From IMG/VR virus record IMGVR_UViG_3300042473_001265, positions 186,001 to 250,000 of that record: a stretch of 64,000 bases of DNA; one strand, 5' to 3'. Position 1 is the stretch's first letter; every line of letters begins with the position of its first letter. Shown one piece after another: positions 37,785 through 48,530 of the stretch. A program made the position numbers and the translations under genes. Under the pieces are notes generated by a model, which saw only the letters and a program-made list of their open reading frames with translations, made no database searches and was not told the origin of the DNA.

Positions 37785-38447
37785 ATGATCATTGGTGTAT
37801 GCGGATTCATTGGTAGCGGCAAAGACACTGTTGCGGATTACTTGACTAACTTTCATGGATTTCGTCGAGAATCGTTTGCCAACAGTTTAAAAGATGCTGT
37901 GGCACAGGTGTTTGGATGGGATCGAATCATGCTGGAAGGTCGCACAACACAAGCTCGTGCCTGGCGCGAACAAGTTGATCCATGGTGGGCTCAGCGGCTT
38001 GATATGCCCGATCTTACACCGCGTTGGGTACTGCAACACTGGGGCACTGAAGTGTGCCGAAAAGCGTTTCACGATGATATTTGGATTGCTTCATTAGAAA
38101 ATAAACTGCGAAACAGCACCGACAACATTGTTATCAGTGACTGTCGCTTTCCCAACGAAATTCGATCAATTAAAGATGCAGGTGGCATTGTTATTCGTGT
38201 AAAACGTGGCGCTGAGCCAGACTGGTACAATGATGCTGCGGATATGAATGCCGGCGATCGGTGTTTAAACTACATGACTGCTAAAGTACGGATGCAAAAA
38301 CTAGGAATACATGCCAGTGAAACAGCATGGGTAGGCACCAAGTTTGATGCAGTATTGCTCAATGACTCTACCATCGACGATTTGTTTGAGCAAGTTAAAA
38401 GTCTGGCGTTAAGTCACCTGGCTGCCAAGGCAAATCAGACTTTTTGA
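37785..38447 (+). CDS. gp1: Deoxynucleoside monophosphate kinase
   Basis: GFIGSGKDT P-loop, FANSLKD, TPRWVLQHWGTE, ISDCRFPNE, HASE. Confidence 0.92.
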   Translation: MIIGVCGFIGSGKDTVADYLTNFHGFRRESFANSLKDAVAQVFGWDRIMLEGRTTQARAWREQVDPWWAQRLDMPDLTPRWVLQHWGTEVCRKAFHDDIWIASLENKLRNSTDNIVISDCRFPNEIRSIKDAGGIVIRVKRGAEPDWYNDAADMNAGDRCLNYMTAKVRMQKLGIHASETAWVGTKFDAVLLNDSTIDDLFEQVKSLALSHLAAKANQTF

Positions 38448-38742
38448 TTTCAACTGTACAATTCAAACATACGGTCTTTAAATTGGTTGCATTGGTATTG
38501 TGCAGATTACTGTCTGCATGATATACCAACAACTGAGCTGCATATTTTGATTTGAACCCACACCGGTCACAGGTGGTTTTTTTCTTGTAGCCGGCTGATT
38601 GCCATCGAGCCACCGGAGGTTTGATGCGCCGTTTTTTCTTAATGCATTGATCGCATCGAGATCTATAGTGTGCCATGCCATCACGATAGTAGTTAACAGC
38701 ACACAGTCGTTGGCTGCAAGCAGTACACATTGGTCTTTCCAT
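38395..38742 (-). CDS. Zn-finger protein with a degenerate HNH-like motif
   Basis: CTAC, CDQC, CDRC, YHADSNLHN..NLKTVCLNC. Confidence 0.7.
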   Translation of the reverse strand: MERPMCTACSQRLCAVNYYRDGMAHYRSRCDQCIKKKRRIKPPVARWQSAGYKKKTTCDRCGFKSKYAAQLLVYHADSNLHNTNATNLKTVCLNCTVEIKKSDLPWQPGDLTPDF

Positions 38743-38837
38743 GATGTATTTACCATAAAACCTTTCCTAAAGGACAACATCGTGGCGGTTTTTCTGCGCA
38801 AGCGCTAAATATTAGCAACTAGGAAAAGGACCAGACC

Positions 38838-41800
38838 ATGGCACTAACATCACCAGGCGTAGAAGTAACCATCATTGACGAGAGTCAGTATATCCCGTCG
38901 GCTACCAATTCGGTACCGTACATTTTATTGGCAACTGCCCAGAACAAAGCCAGTGCAGCCGGAGTAGGCGTAGCACCAGGAACATTGGCAGCCAACGCTA
39001 ATAGAGTATACTTAATTACAAGTCAGCGTGATTTGGCCGCCACATACGGTAATCCATTCTTCTACAAAACAACTGCTGGTACACCAATCAATGGTTACGA
39101 GCTGAACGAATACGGATTATTGGCTGCTTACTCTGCATTGGGTGCAAGCAATCGTGTGTATGTTCAGCGTGTTGACATTGACTTGACTGAGCTAACAGCC
39201 ACATTGACTCGCCCAACTGGTTCGCCAAACAACAATACTTACTGGTTAGATACTACCAACTCACGATGGGGTATTTTTCAATGGAATGAAACCACTGCTG
39301 CGTTCACTGTGCAAACTCCATTGGTGATTACAAGCACAACACAATTGGAAGTTTCCAGCACAGTTCCTTTACAAACAGTTGGCAGCATTGGTGATTATGC
39401 TATCACCGCTGCTACCGCTGCCACAACATTTAATCCAGGATATTTCAAGCGTGGAGGTCCAACATCTGCTCAGACCAGCTCTGTAGAATTGGCAGACCTG
39501 TACAACACTTGGGTGTTGATTGGCAGCGATGAATGGAAAACTTCATGGCCCACAGTTTCTGGCACATTGGCTCCAACATCATTGACTGCCGGCAATACAT
39601 TCACAGTGAATGACACTTTGATCACTGTGCCAGTTAGCCCTAACAACACAGTAGATGGTATTGCAGATGCAATCAACAGTGCAAATATCACAGGTGTATA
39701 TGCTGCTACCATTGGTGGTAGACTGTACATGTACGCTGATTCTACCGCGTCCAATGACGGTAGCACAGGCAACGGCGGCATTATTTCAATTGCAACCGGC
39801 ACAGGCACGCCACTAACTACATTGGGCATTACAGCTGGTGATTCGTATGCTCCGGCTTTCTTGGCTGCACCTAGTTATGATGCACCACGCTGGGGTTCCA
39901 CACAAACTCAACCACACCCAACTGGCAGTGTATGGCAAAAGATTTCAAGCGTAAACGAAGGTGCTGCATTATCTGTCAAGCAATGGAGCACTGCCTTGGC
40001 CTTGTTTGTACAGCAGGCCTGCCCATTGTACACAACTACTCGAGAGGCAACATATGACCTTGACCCAAGTGGCGGCGGCGCAAATATTCCAGCTGGATCC
40101 ACAATTGGCCGAATTGATGACCTCAACAACAACACCAGTTCTATAGTCATATTTGAACGATTTGCTACCGGTGCAACAGAGATCACCGGTGATGACGACA
40201 CCCCGGGTCCGTTTGTAAACGGCAACTCGTTTACAATAGCTGCTTCACAACCAGGAACATCAGCATTGACAACTGCCACTGCTACCGTGCTTGGCACTAC
40301 CACTGCTGATTTTATTGCCGCAGTCAGTGCAGCAAACATTCCTTATGTCAGTGCTGCTGTCAACAGCGCTGGCGCAATTGTGTTTACACATGCCACTGGC
40401 GGTCAAATAACTTTGACCAACGTGACAGGAACACCTATTGCTACAGCTGGATTTAATTCATCTGTGCGCGGATGTAGTCTATCTTATACCGCAGGCGTAG
40501 CCACCGGACTGGTTTTGATGAACTGGGTATCAACACCAACATTTACCTACATTGCCAGTGCGGATGCCCCAGATCAAGATCCAGCAGACGGTCGTTTATG
40601 GTACTACAGTGCAGTTGATGAGGTTGATATCATGATTCAAGACAACGGATCATGGCAAGGTTATCAAAATGTAACAAACGATGTTCGTGGTTACGATTTG
40701 AGCAATACCAATGCCACCGGTCCTATCATCAGTGCCACTGCACCAGTTACACAAACTGATGAATCCGAGTCTCCATTGGTGTACGGTGACTTGTGGATTG
40801 ACACAAGTGACTTAGAAAATTATCCAGTGATCAGTCGCTGGGAGTCAGTCAGCGGACAAGACCAATGGGTTCCGATCGACAACACTGACCAGACCACACA
40901 AAGTGGTGTGTTATTTGCAGATGCTCGTTGGGCACCAAATGGTACTACAGATCCTATCACAGGTGCCTTTCCAACAATTACAAGTTTATTAACCAGCGAT
41001 TATTTGGATTTAGATGCTCCTACGCCAACACTATATCCACAAGGCATGTTGTTGTTCAACACACGCCGTTCGGGATTCAATGTCAAGAGTTTCCAGGTAA
41101 ATTACTTCAACTCCGTCACATTCCCAGACGACACATTACCGGCTGAAACCAATGCATGGGTAACAGCAAGTGGACTAAGAGCCGACGGTTCTCCATACAT
41201 GGGCCGTCAAGCTCAACGAGCATTGATTGTTGCTGCCATGAAAGCAGGTATTGATACAAACACTGATATCCGTGAAGAACAGCGTCAATTCAACTTGATG
41301 GCAACACCTGCATATCCAGAACTAATGCCCAACATGATTGCACTGAACAATGAGCGTGGCAACACTGGCTTTATCATCGGTGACACTCCGTTGCGTTTAG
41401 ATCCACAAGATATTTTGACTTGGGCAAGCAACAACAACGGTCTAGGATTGCCCACTGGTGATGGCCTGATTGCCGGTAACCAATACATGGGTGTGTTCTA
41501 TCCAAGTTGCCAAACAACTGATTTAAGTGGCAGCCCAGTGGTAACTGCGCCAAGTCACATGATGATTAGAACAATTATCCGCAGTGACGAAGTATCGTTT
41601 CCTTGGTTTGCACCAGCTGGTACACGCCGTGGTGTAGTTGACAATGCTTTACAAATTGGCTACATCAATTCGGGCACAGGCGAATTTGAGTCATTGGGTG
41701 TTCGCCAAGGCCTGCGCGATGTACTGTATGAAAATGCAATCAACCCAATAACATTTATTCCTGGAGTTGGTATCACCAACTTTGGTAATAAAACAACAAC

Positions 41801-42143
41801 TTCGATCACAAGTGCGTTGGATCGTATCAATGTGGCCCGCTTGGTTGCGTTCATACGTGGTCGCTTAGACGTGATTGGCAAGCAGTATTTGTTTGAACCA
41901 AACGATCAAATCACTCGCAATCAGATCAAGAATGCCATTGACGGTCTGATGATTGACCTGGTTGCCAAGCGTGGTTTGTATGACTACTTGGTTGTGTGTG
42001 ATTTGACAAACAATACGCCAGCTCGTATTGATCGTAACGAGTTGTATGTTGACATTGCAATTGAGCCGGTCAAGGCAGTTGAATTCATCTACATTCCAGT
42101 GCGTATCAAGAACACAGGAGAGATATCTGGCGTAGCTAGCTAA
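38838..42143 (+). CDS. gp18: Tail sheath protein (large, with inserted domains)
   Basis: SPGVEVTIIDES, PWFAPAGTRRG, LDRINVARL, FEPND..TR, VVCDLTNNTPARIDRNEL, PVKAVEFI. Confidence 0.95.
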   Translation: MALTSPGVEVTIIDESQYIPSATNSVPYILLATAQNKASAAGVGVAPGTLAANANRVYLITSQRDLAATYGNPFFYKTTAGTPINGYELNEYGLLAAYSALGASNRVYVQRVDIDLTELTATLTRPTGSPNNNTYWLDTTNSRWGIFQWNETTAAFTVQTPLVITSTTQLEVSSTVPLQTVGSIGDYAITAATAATTFNPGYFKRGGPTSAQTSSVELADLYNTWVLIGSDEWKTSWPTVSGTLAPTSLTAGNTFTVNDTLITVPVSPNNTVDGIADAINSANITGVYAATIGGRLYMYADSTASNDGSTGNGGIISIATGTGTPLTTLGITAGDSYAPAFLAAPSYDAPRWGSTQTQPHPTGSVWQKISSVNEGAALSVKQWSTALALFVQQACPLYTTTREATYDLDPSGGGANIPAGSTIGRIDDLNNNTSSIVIFERFATGATEITGDDDTPGPFVNGNSFTIAASQPGTSALTTATATVLGTTTADFIAAVSAANIPYVSAAVNSAGAIVFTHATGGQITLTNVTGTPIATAGFNSSVRGCSLSYTAGVATGLVLMNWVSTPTFTYIASADAPDQDPADGRLWYYSAVDEVDIMIQDNGSWQGYQNVTNDVRGYDLSNTNATGPIISATAPVTQTDESESPLVYGDLWIDTSDLENYPVISRWESVSGQDQWVPIDNTDQTTQSGVLFADARWAPNGTTDPITGAFPTITSLLTSDYLDLDAPTPTLYPQGMLLFNTRRSGFNVKSFQVNYFNSVTFPDDTLPAETNAWVTASGLRADGSPYMGRQAQRALIVAAMKAGIDTNTDIREEQRQFNLMATPAYPELMPNMIALNNERGNTGFIIGDTPLRLDPQDILTWASNNNGLGLPTGDGLIAGNQYMGVFYPSCQTTDLSGSPVVTAPSHMMIRTIIRSDEVSFPWFAPAGTRRGVVDNALQIGYINSGTGEFESLGVRQGLRDVLYENAINPITFIPGVGITNFGNKTTTSITSALDRINVARLVAFIRGRLDVIGKQYLFEPNDQITRNQIKNAIDGLMIDLVAKRGLYDYLVVCDLTNNTPARIDRNELYVDIAIEPVKAVEFIYIPVRIKNTGEISGVAS

Positions 42144-42145
42144 GG

Positions 42146-42172
42146 AAAAAGGAGTGGCAACACTCCTTTTTT
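42146..42172 (+). terminator. Rho-independent terminator after the sheath gene
   Basis: AAAAAGGAGTG-GCAA-CACTCCTTTTTT. Confidence 0.88.
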
Positions 42173-42218
42173 GACCAGACTCAATCACCATAAATAACAG
42201 TATATAGGAGAACAACAA

Positions 42219-42863
42219 ATGGCCGTATCATCACTAAGCAAAATGACAGTTCCTTTGGCCAGCGACCAAAGTGCTTCGACACAGGGTGTATTAATGCCCA
42301 AACTCAAATATCGCTTCAGAGTGTTATTTGAAAATTTCGGAGCCGCTAACAATGCTGCACCTGTAACAGAATTGACCAAGCAGGTGATTGATTTTACCCG
42401 GCCAACTGTTACTTTTGCACAAATTGATTTGCCAATTTACAATTCCACAATCAAGCTGGCTGGCAAGCATTCATGGAATGATATCACCTGCAATCTGCGT
42501 GATGATGCTGGCGCAAATGTACAAAAACTTGTGGGCGAACAGCTACAGAAACAACTGGACTTTATGGAAATGGCCAGCGCCAGTGCTGGTATTGACTACA
42601 AGTTCATTACCAAATTTGAAGTGCTGGACGGCGGCAACGGTGCTGTACAACCAGTGGTTCTTGAATCATGGGAACTGTACGGTTGCTACCTGAAAGAAGT
42701 AAACTACAACGACGCCAACTATGCTTCCAGTGAAGCAATGACCATTGGATTGTCGATCACATTTGACAATGCCAATCAAGTTGTTGGTGGCGGTGTTGGT
42801 TCAGCAGGCACATTGGTTGGTCGAGCAGGAGACGTTGCTACTGGCGTAACTACTGGACTCTAA
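42219..42863 (+). CDS. gp19: Tail tube protein
   Basis: Follows the sheath gene; YRFRV, RP...F, LAGKHSW, W.LYGCY. Confidence 0.85.
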   Translation: MAVSSLSKMTVPLASDQSASTQGVLMPKLKYRFRVLFENFGAANNAAPVTELTKQVIDFTRPTVTFAQIDLPIYNSTIKLAGKHSWNDITCNLRDDAGANVQKLVGEQLQKQLDFMEMASASAGIDYKFITKFEVLDGGNGAVQPVVLESWELYGCYLKEVNYNDANYASSEAMTIGLSITFDNANQVVGGGVGSAGTLVGRAGDVATGVTTGL

Positions 42864-43987
42864 TGAGTTTTGGACAAGATTTTCTCAAAGGTTTTATTGG
42901 CGACAACGGGTTAAGAGATTATACCCACGCTAGTAAAACCTTTCGCACGAATGGCTACGAACTTGCGCCTCGGCTCAAGTTTCTGTTCCATACATATTTC
43001 AATCTGAATCCACAAATACCCGGCGTACAACAACTGTTGGGCAACGGCAATGTTGCCAGCATAGGATTATCTGTCAAAACAGTCGACCTGCCCAGTTATC
43101 AAATCAGTGTTGACACACTGAATCAATACAATCGTAAGCGCCTGGTACAAAGTAAAATTAAATATCAGCCCATTCAAATAACATTCAACGATGACGGCGG
43201 CGACCTAATTCGTAATTTGTGGTACACTTATTTTAACTATTACTACAAAGATCCAGTGAACAAGTACGAAGGTGTTCCCAACACCAATGGCAACAGTGGC
43301 GATTTACAAACAACACCTGCAGGATTCAGTTACAACGCCAGCGATACCTACAGCAATCGTTTTGTGAACGACTGGGGCTACGCTGGCGAATCATATTCAG
43401 ACGGCACATTCACTGGCGCTGGAAAACCTGCATTTTTTAAAGACATTAAAATTTACGGCCTAAATCAACACAAGTTTGCTGCGTATGTGTTGATAAATCC
43501 CATGATCACCGACTGGCGCCACGACACCTACGACTACAGTCAAGGCAACGGCACAATGACACACACTGTCACAATAGATTATGAAACTGTAAAATATTAT
43601 TCTGGTGCCATTGGTGCAGCACGACCAGATACCAATGTGGTTGGGTTTGCTGATCCAAATTATTATGATCAAATTAGAAGTTCGTTGGCACGGCCCGGCA
43701 GTCAGGCCACTGTGTTGGGTCAAGGCGGACTGCTTGATGCTGGAGTGGGTATAATGGAAGATATTCAAGCCTTGGCCTCTGGCAACGGAAGTCTTGCCAA
43801 TGTGTTGGGCGGAGTACAAAAAGCTCTCAATGTGAATGCCACATTGAAAAAGAACTCCATTGGCGATTTGGTAAGAAACGATGCCAAAACAGTACAACAA
43901 GATGTGTTGCGCAACAGCTTGCCCGGCGCAGTTAGAGCTGCTGCAAATTCAGTCAACAGTCAAATATTTCCCAAGGCACCACGATAA
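42863..43987 (+). CDS. Tail-tube-fold baseplate/tube initiator protein (gp48/gp54-like)
   Basis: VKTVDLPSY..NQYNRKR..YQPIQITF.DD..LINP.IT.W.HD..DY. Confidence 0.65.
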   Translation: MSFGQDFLKGFIGDNGLRDYTHASKTFRTNGYELAPRLKFLFHTYFNLNPQIPGVQQLLGNGNVASIGLSVKTVDLPSYQISVDTLNQYNRKRLVQSKIKYQPIQITFNDDGGDLIRNLWYTYFNYYYKDPVNKYEGVPNTNGNSGDLQTTPAGFSYNASDTYSNRFVNDWGYAGESYSDGTFTGAGKPAFFKDIKIYGLNQHKFAAYVLINPMITDWRHDTYDYSQGNGTMTHTVTIDYETVKYYSGAIGAARPDTNVVGFADPNYYDQIRSSLARPGSQATVLGQGGLLDAGVGIMEDIQALASGNGSLANVLGGVQKALNVNATLKKNSIGDLVRNDAKTVQQDVLRNSLPGAVRAAANSVNSQIFPKAPR

Positions 43988-44349
43988 TGGGCACCATTAA
44001 CGATACCAACTACAACATAGATCTCACAGTTCGTGTGTTTGACGAATTTTACGGATTTGAATCGGTTGTTCCTGTGAATGAATGGGACGCTGTGAGTTCG
44101 TATTTTGAATCAATCTACACCACACGAGAAGCAGCAAGAAATTTTGCAACTGCCATATTCAGAGTTGCTAACCAACAAGGCATATCTGCCATGACCTTGC
44201 TGGCACAGATACAAACAGCCAGCGGTCCAGCAGAATTAGATATAACCATTGCGTACTATCTCAATAACCTGCGCAGCAACAGCACTTTGTTGGGTGTGTC
44301 ACAGCCGGTGCAGCCAAACTACTATGCAGCCCGCAATGTCCGAGCATGA
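43987..44349 (+). CDS. Hypothetical tail-module protein
   Basis: 120-aa ORF translationally coupled on both sides. Confidence 0.65.
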   Translation: MGTINDTNYNIDLTVRVFDEFYGFESVVPVNEWDAVSSYFESIYTTREAARNFATAIFRVANQQGISAMTLLAQIQTASGPAELDITIAYYLNNLRSNSTLLGVSQPVQPNYYAARNVRA

Positions 44350-44777
44350 GCAAGTTTGCACAAGGTCCCTACACCGTTAAAAATGCCGCCAAGTATGTGG
44401 GCAAGGGTGTTCCGCGTTATAGATCGGGCTGGGAGTTGTCATTTATGCAATTTCTCGACAACAACGACCATGTGATGCAATGGGCCAGTGAATCAATTCA
44501 GATACCCTATCGTAATCCCATCACTGGCAAACAAAGCATATATGTTCCGGACTTTTTGATCACCTATAGAACACGGCAAAACACCCTGATTGCTGAAGTG
44601 GTTGAAATCAAACCCAAGAAACAAAGCGTAATTGAAAGCAAAATGAGCAACCGAGATCGTATGGTAGTTGCTATCAACTATGCCAAATGGGACCAGGCCA
44701 CCAAGTGGTGCAACCGTAACGGCTTGAAGTTCCGTGTCATTACTGAAGACGACATGTTCAGGAACGGCGGAAAATAA
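44346..44777 (+). CDS. gp4: Head completion protein (T4 gp4-like, TnsA-type nuclease fold)
   Basis: KYVG..YRSGWE..FM..LD..WASE..IPY..YVPDF..EIKP..N.AKW..FRVITE. Confidence 0.88.
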   Translation: MSKFAQGPYTVKNAAKYVGKGVPRYRSGWELSFMQFLDNNDHVMQWASESIQIPYRNPITGKQSIYVPDFLITYRTRQNTLIAEVVEIKPKKQSVIESKMSNRDRMVVAINYAKWDQATKWCNRNGLKFRVITEDDMFRNGGK

Positions 44778-44810
44778 GCTACCCTAAACCGTAGATGCGG
44801 TAAATACGGC

Positions 44811-45317
44811 ATGACGAGAAAACTTGAAGAGCTTTTTGATTTGCCATCCGGCACCGCTGACACAGATGAAACTGTGACAGACATTGCGGCCACACAATAC
44901 AGCATAACAGAAATTGATTCGGCCATTGACAAAATTGATGCAGCCCTGCCCGGCATCCGCGACCTTGAAACCAGCGATAAAGAAATGGATGATTTGGCTG
45001 TCAAAGCAACAGAAACATTCGACGATCTAATGGATCTTGGCATGCAGGTGGACAGTCGTTATGCCAGCGAAATATTTGCTGTGGCCGGTGCCATGCTGGG
45101 TCATGCACTCACTGCCAAAACAGCCAAGATGAACAAGAAATTAAAGATGATTCAGTTGCAGTTACAAAAAGCCAAACTGGATCTTGACAAGGAAAAAGCT
45201 GCTGGTCACGACGACGATGACGACCCTGCTGCAACTGCCGAAGGACAAGTGCTGAGCCGCAATGATTTACTTGAGCGCTTGATTGGCACACGGGATCAAA
45301 AGAATAAACCTGCATAA
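44811..45317 (+). CDS. Helical protein, possible terminase small subunit
   Basis: DDLMDLGM..SEIFAVA..RNDLL pattern; late promoter. Assignment is tentative. Confidence 0.45.
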   Translation: MTRKLEELFDLPSGTADTDETVTDIAATQYSITEIDSAIDKIDAALPGIRDLETSDKEMDDLAVKATETFDDLMDLGMQVDSRYASEIFAVAGAMLGHALTAKTAKMNKKLKMIQLQLQKAKLDLDKEKAAGHDDDDDPAATAEGQVLSRNDLLERLIGTRDQKNKPA

Positions 45318-45337
45318 ATATCATATAGGGATCAAAC

Positions 45338-45943
45338 ATGAAACACTTCAGAGAATATTTGTTAGAAAACGAAAGAGTATACAACTACCGCATTAAAATC
45401 GCCGGTGATACTCCCAAAGACTTTGTTCGAGCTCTTGAAGAAAAACTTCAACAGTTTGACATTGTTAAAATTTCTGCACCAAAAACAACGCCGGTTATGG
45501 CCAAGTTGGCAGACTTTCCAGCGTTTGACAACGAAAGTTGCACACACATGGATGTGGAGTTTCGCTATCCAGCCATTGAACCACAGATACAACAGATAGC
45601 ACAATTGCTGGGCCTTGATCCAAATCGTGTGCGTATGTTGACTGTGCCATATGAAAACAGCAATGAAAAACTCACTGCTGATGTAGAAGCACAAAACAAA
45701 GATTTACTAAATTCTCCTTACCCTGCTCCGGACGCTGAACAAAAGGCCTTGTACAAGGACTACTCGGCTGCACCGATGGATCATGCAGTGTTGAAGAATA
45801 CCTATCGCAGTGAATTCACAGTGGCTGGTGGCAAGACACCACCTGCTGTGACCACAAACAGTTTACCAATGGGCAACAAGAGCCCAATGACCTCGGTCAA
45901 GCGTCCACCACGGCCAGCAACTGGTTACAACCCAAGAGGATAA
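45338..45943 (+). CDS. Putative internal head protein
   Basis: N-terminus MKHFREYLLE resembles the T4 capsid-targeting sequence. Confidence 0.55.
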   Translation: MKHFREYLLENERVYNYRIKIAGDTPKDFVRALEEKLQQFDIVKISAPKTTPVMAKLADFPAFDNESCTHMDVEFRYPAIEPQIQQIAQLLGLDPNRVRMLTVPYENSNEKLTADVEAQNKDLLNSPYPAPDAEQKALYKDYSAAPMDHAVLKNTYRSEFTVAGGKTPPAVTTNSLPMGNKSPMTSVKRPPRPATGYNPRG

Positions 45944-45947
45944 TACA

Positions 45948-47825
45948 ATGAGCTTTTTTCACAACCTAAACAAAAAACTAGATGGCATTGCTGCCCGCCC
46001 TGAATCTGCACAGCTGAATGAGCGTGACATGGGCAAGCACAACAATGCCACAACCGGCTTTGCAGCCTTGGCCAAGAAAGCCGGTGGCGGCGAAAAGGGT
46101 CAAAAGATTGCCGGCGCACAATTCCAGAAGATGAAGAAAGCTGGCCAATTAGAAGAAGGCAATGATTACGACGAGCTACATGATAAAATACAATGGCTGA
46201 TGGGCGCACCAAATTATCTAAGTCGCGACGAAGCTAAAGAAACAGCAGCTTACAATGAAGATCCTGCTATATGGAAAGACAGCGAGTGGGAGGTTGAACT
46301 CGACGAAGGTGTAGACAAGGTAGCATTTGCTGCATTGGCACCCCCTAAAAACAAAATTACTTTTGCTGACAAGATAGCCGGCGCCAAAAAAGAAGTTGAC
46401 GAAATGCTGGGCGACGTTGCTGCTGAAGCAATGAAGAACGCACTCAGTGGCGGCCAAAAGAAATTGGATAAAAATCAAAACGGCAAACTAGATGCCATGG
46501 ACTTTGAGATATTGCGCAAAGGCGCTGGCAAACAATCCATGGGCGAGACGCAAGGCGCCACCACTTACACAGTTGCTTATAAAGATCCTAGCAAACCTGG
46601 CAAGTCATACAGCACTCAAGTCAAAGCCACCAGCGCAGCACAAGCAAAAGCAGCGTTTCAGGAATGGAATCACACAGGTCGTTTCACTTATCTAGGTTCT
46701 AGACCCGACGTTGATGAAGTTTATGAAACCGATCGTGAAAATGCATTCACTGCACACAAACGCCCTAGAGCCGAAACGCCTAAGGTAGGTACAATTACTC
46801 ATGGTTCCAAACATGATGTGGAAGAAATTCCCGGTGGTCGCAGAGTCACTCGTCGCACTGATGCACAAGGCATCAGTGTTGGCGCTGATGATGGTCAAGG
46901 CAGCAGCGATGCTCCACGCGGTCGCGGTCGTCCAAAAGGACCTGCCAAAGCACCTGAGCGTGTGACCGGTGGAGCCACCCGTCACAAAGGTGGTCGTAAA
47001 ATGACCAAAGAAGGCGACATTGAAATTACAGATCAAGGCGAGTACGATCAAGAAGGCGACATGGCCAAAGACAGCATCAAGACTGTGGTGCGTCATGCTC
47101 AGGCTTTGGAAAAAATACTGGGCGACAACGATAACTTGCCAGAATGGGTACAATCCAAATTGGCCAAGATTGAAAGCATGATGACTGCGGTAGATGACTA
47201 CATGCAGAATCAAGAAACTGATCAAGACGATGAAATGGCCATGGGCGAAGAAAAAACTTCTACTCGTGACAACCGTGCTGAAAAGGCCGGCAAGCGAGTG
47301 GCCAAAGATATTGAGCACGATGAAAAAGAAGACGACGAAAAAGAAGACGAACCCAAGAAGTCCAAGAGCAAATTCAAGTTCGGCGGCAGTGTGTATGAAA
47401 ACCTAGATGCACAATTGGAAACCTTGATCAACGAAAGCATGAATGTCACCGTCAACATGGCCACAAGCGACGACGGTCAAGGCGACAACACTATCACTGT
47501 CACTGCCAGCGGCGAAGATGCCATGACATTGGCTCAGTTGTTAAAGAGTGCTGGACTAGCACAGAGTTCACATTCAGGTTGCTCCACTTGCGGTCAAAGC
47601 AGTTGTGGTTGCGAACAAGTGGATGAGAACAGTCCAGACTATCCAACCAATACTGAAACCAGCAACAATGCATTTCAGTATTCGGGTGGTTTAAACAAGC
47701 CCAAGTCAACCGGACAAACAACTACTCCTGTGCTGGCCAGTCAACTGCGCCGCCAGGTCAGTATGGAAGAAAGTGTAAAGATTGAACGCAATTTGTTTGA
47801 CCTATATAAAAATTTTGCAAAATAA
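45948..47825 (+). CDS. Modular, charged putative internal head protein
   Basis: Repeated [LVIM]xE motifs, EF-hand-like DKNQNGKLD, AT-hook-like RGRGRPK. Confidence 0.55.
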   Translation: MSFFHNLNKKLDGIAARPESAQLNERDMGKHNNATTGFAALAKKAGGGEKGQKIAGAQFQKMKKAGQLEEGNDYDELHDKIQWLMGAPNYLSRDEAKETAAYNEDPAIWKDSEWEVELDEGVDKVAFAALAPPKNKITFADKIAGAKKEVDEMLGDVAAEAMKNALSGGQKKLDKNQNGKLDAMDFEILRKGAGKQSMGETQGATTYTVAYKDPSKPGKSYSTQVKATSAAQAKAAFQEWNHTGRFTYLGSRPDVDEVYETDRENAFTAHKRPRAETPKVGTITHGSKHDVEEIPGGRRVTRRTDAQGISVGADDGQGSSDAPRGRGRPKGPAKAPERVTGGATRHKGGRKMTKEGDIEITDQGEYDQEGDMAKDSIKTVVRHAQALEKILGDNDNLPEWVQSKLAKIESMMTAVDDYMQNQETDQDDEMAMGEEKTSTRDNRAEKAGKRVAKDIEHDEKEDDEKEDEPKKSKSKFKFGGSVYENLDAQLETLINESMNVTVNMATSDDGQGDNTITVTASGEDAMTLAQLLKSAGLAQSSHSGCSTCGQSSCGCEQVDENSPDYPTNTETSNNAFQYSGGLNKPKSTGQTTTPVLASQLRRQVSMEESVKIERNLFDLYKNFAK

Positions 47826-47843
47826 ACGACAAAGGAAAACAAA

Positions 47844-48146
47844 ATGCCAACACAAGTAGTCAATGCAGCAGGCAATGTATTATGGACCTCCGACAAGGTA
47901 GAAATTTCTGCGGTAACTGATGTTACATTTCAAGTGGGCGTAACAGAACTTGGTAACACTGCCAACATCACCGGTAACTTGTATGCCAATGCAGTATCTG
48001 TGCCAGCCGGCACTTCAACACAGGCCTATGTTGGTGTGGGCAATCGACTTTATCTCACTGGTAATACCTTTACTGCGGTAGCACTAGGAACAGAAAGTTC
48101 TGCTCAGGCCAGCATATACACTGGCCCATCTTACGGCGCTGTGTAA
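47844..48146 (+). CDS. Small structural protein
   Basis: 100-aa Ala/Thr/Gly-rich ORF with SD. Confidence 0.65.
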   Translation: MPTQVVNAAGNVLWTSDKVEISAVTDVTFQVGVTELGNTANITGNLYANAVSVPAGTSTQAYVGVGNRLYLTGNTFTAVALGTESSAQASIYTGPSYGAV

Positions 48147-48155
48147 CAGTATCAT

Positions 48156-48530
48156 ATGAGAGCTACAGAATTTGTTTTGGAAGCTAGCCAGGGCAAAATA
48201 TCTAAACGTCAACAACAATCAACCCGTGGGTTAAATATTTTCTCAAAGAAAATAGACACTTATGACAGGATGTATGATTTGAATCGTTTAATGATGGCAG
48301 TTGCAAGCAGTGACGGAGTAAACCCAATTGAGATGGACAGTGAAAGTTGGGTAGGTAAACACAATACCACACATCCCTACACTAAAGAAGAACAGGCCAT
48401 GCTCAAGTTGGCATACAAAGCAGCCGACCTAGAATATATAGATTTAAACAACGGTGATATGGACAGTGAAGAACTGCCGGATACAAATGTCAAAAGCATA
48501 GTTAAACCCTTCAAAGGCTATCCAAGATGA
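48156..48530 (+). CDS. Small protein, MRAxEF...KGYPR paralog 1
   Basis: MRATEFVLE..RLMMAVA..EELPDTN..VKPFKGYPR. Confidence 0.7.
   Translation: MRATEFVLEASQGKISKRQQQSTRGLNIFSKKIDTYDRMYDLNRLMMAVASSDGVNPIEMDSESWVGKHNTTHPYTKEEQAMLKLAYKAADLEYIDLNNGDMDSEELPDTNVKSIVKPFKGYPR

Noticed and set aside
44346-44777. TnsA-like nuclease as evidence of a Tn7-type transposon
   Set aside because: It matches the T4 gp4 head-completion family in a tail/head context, and no other transposition genes or ends are present.
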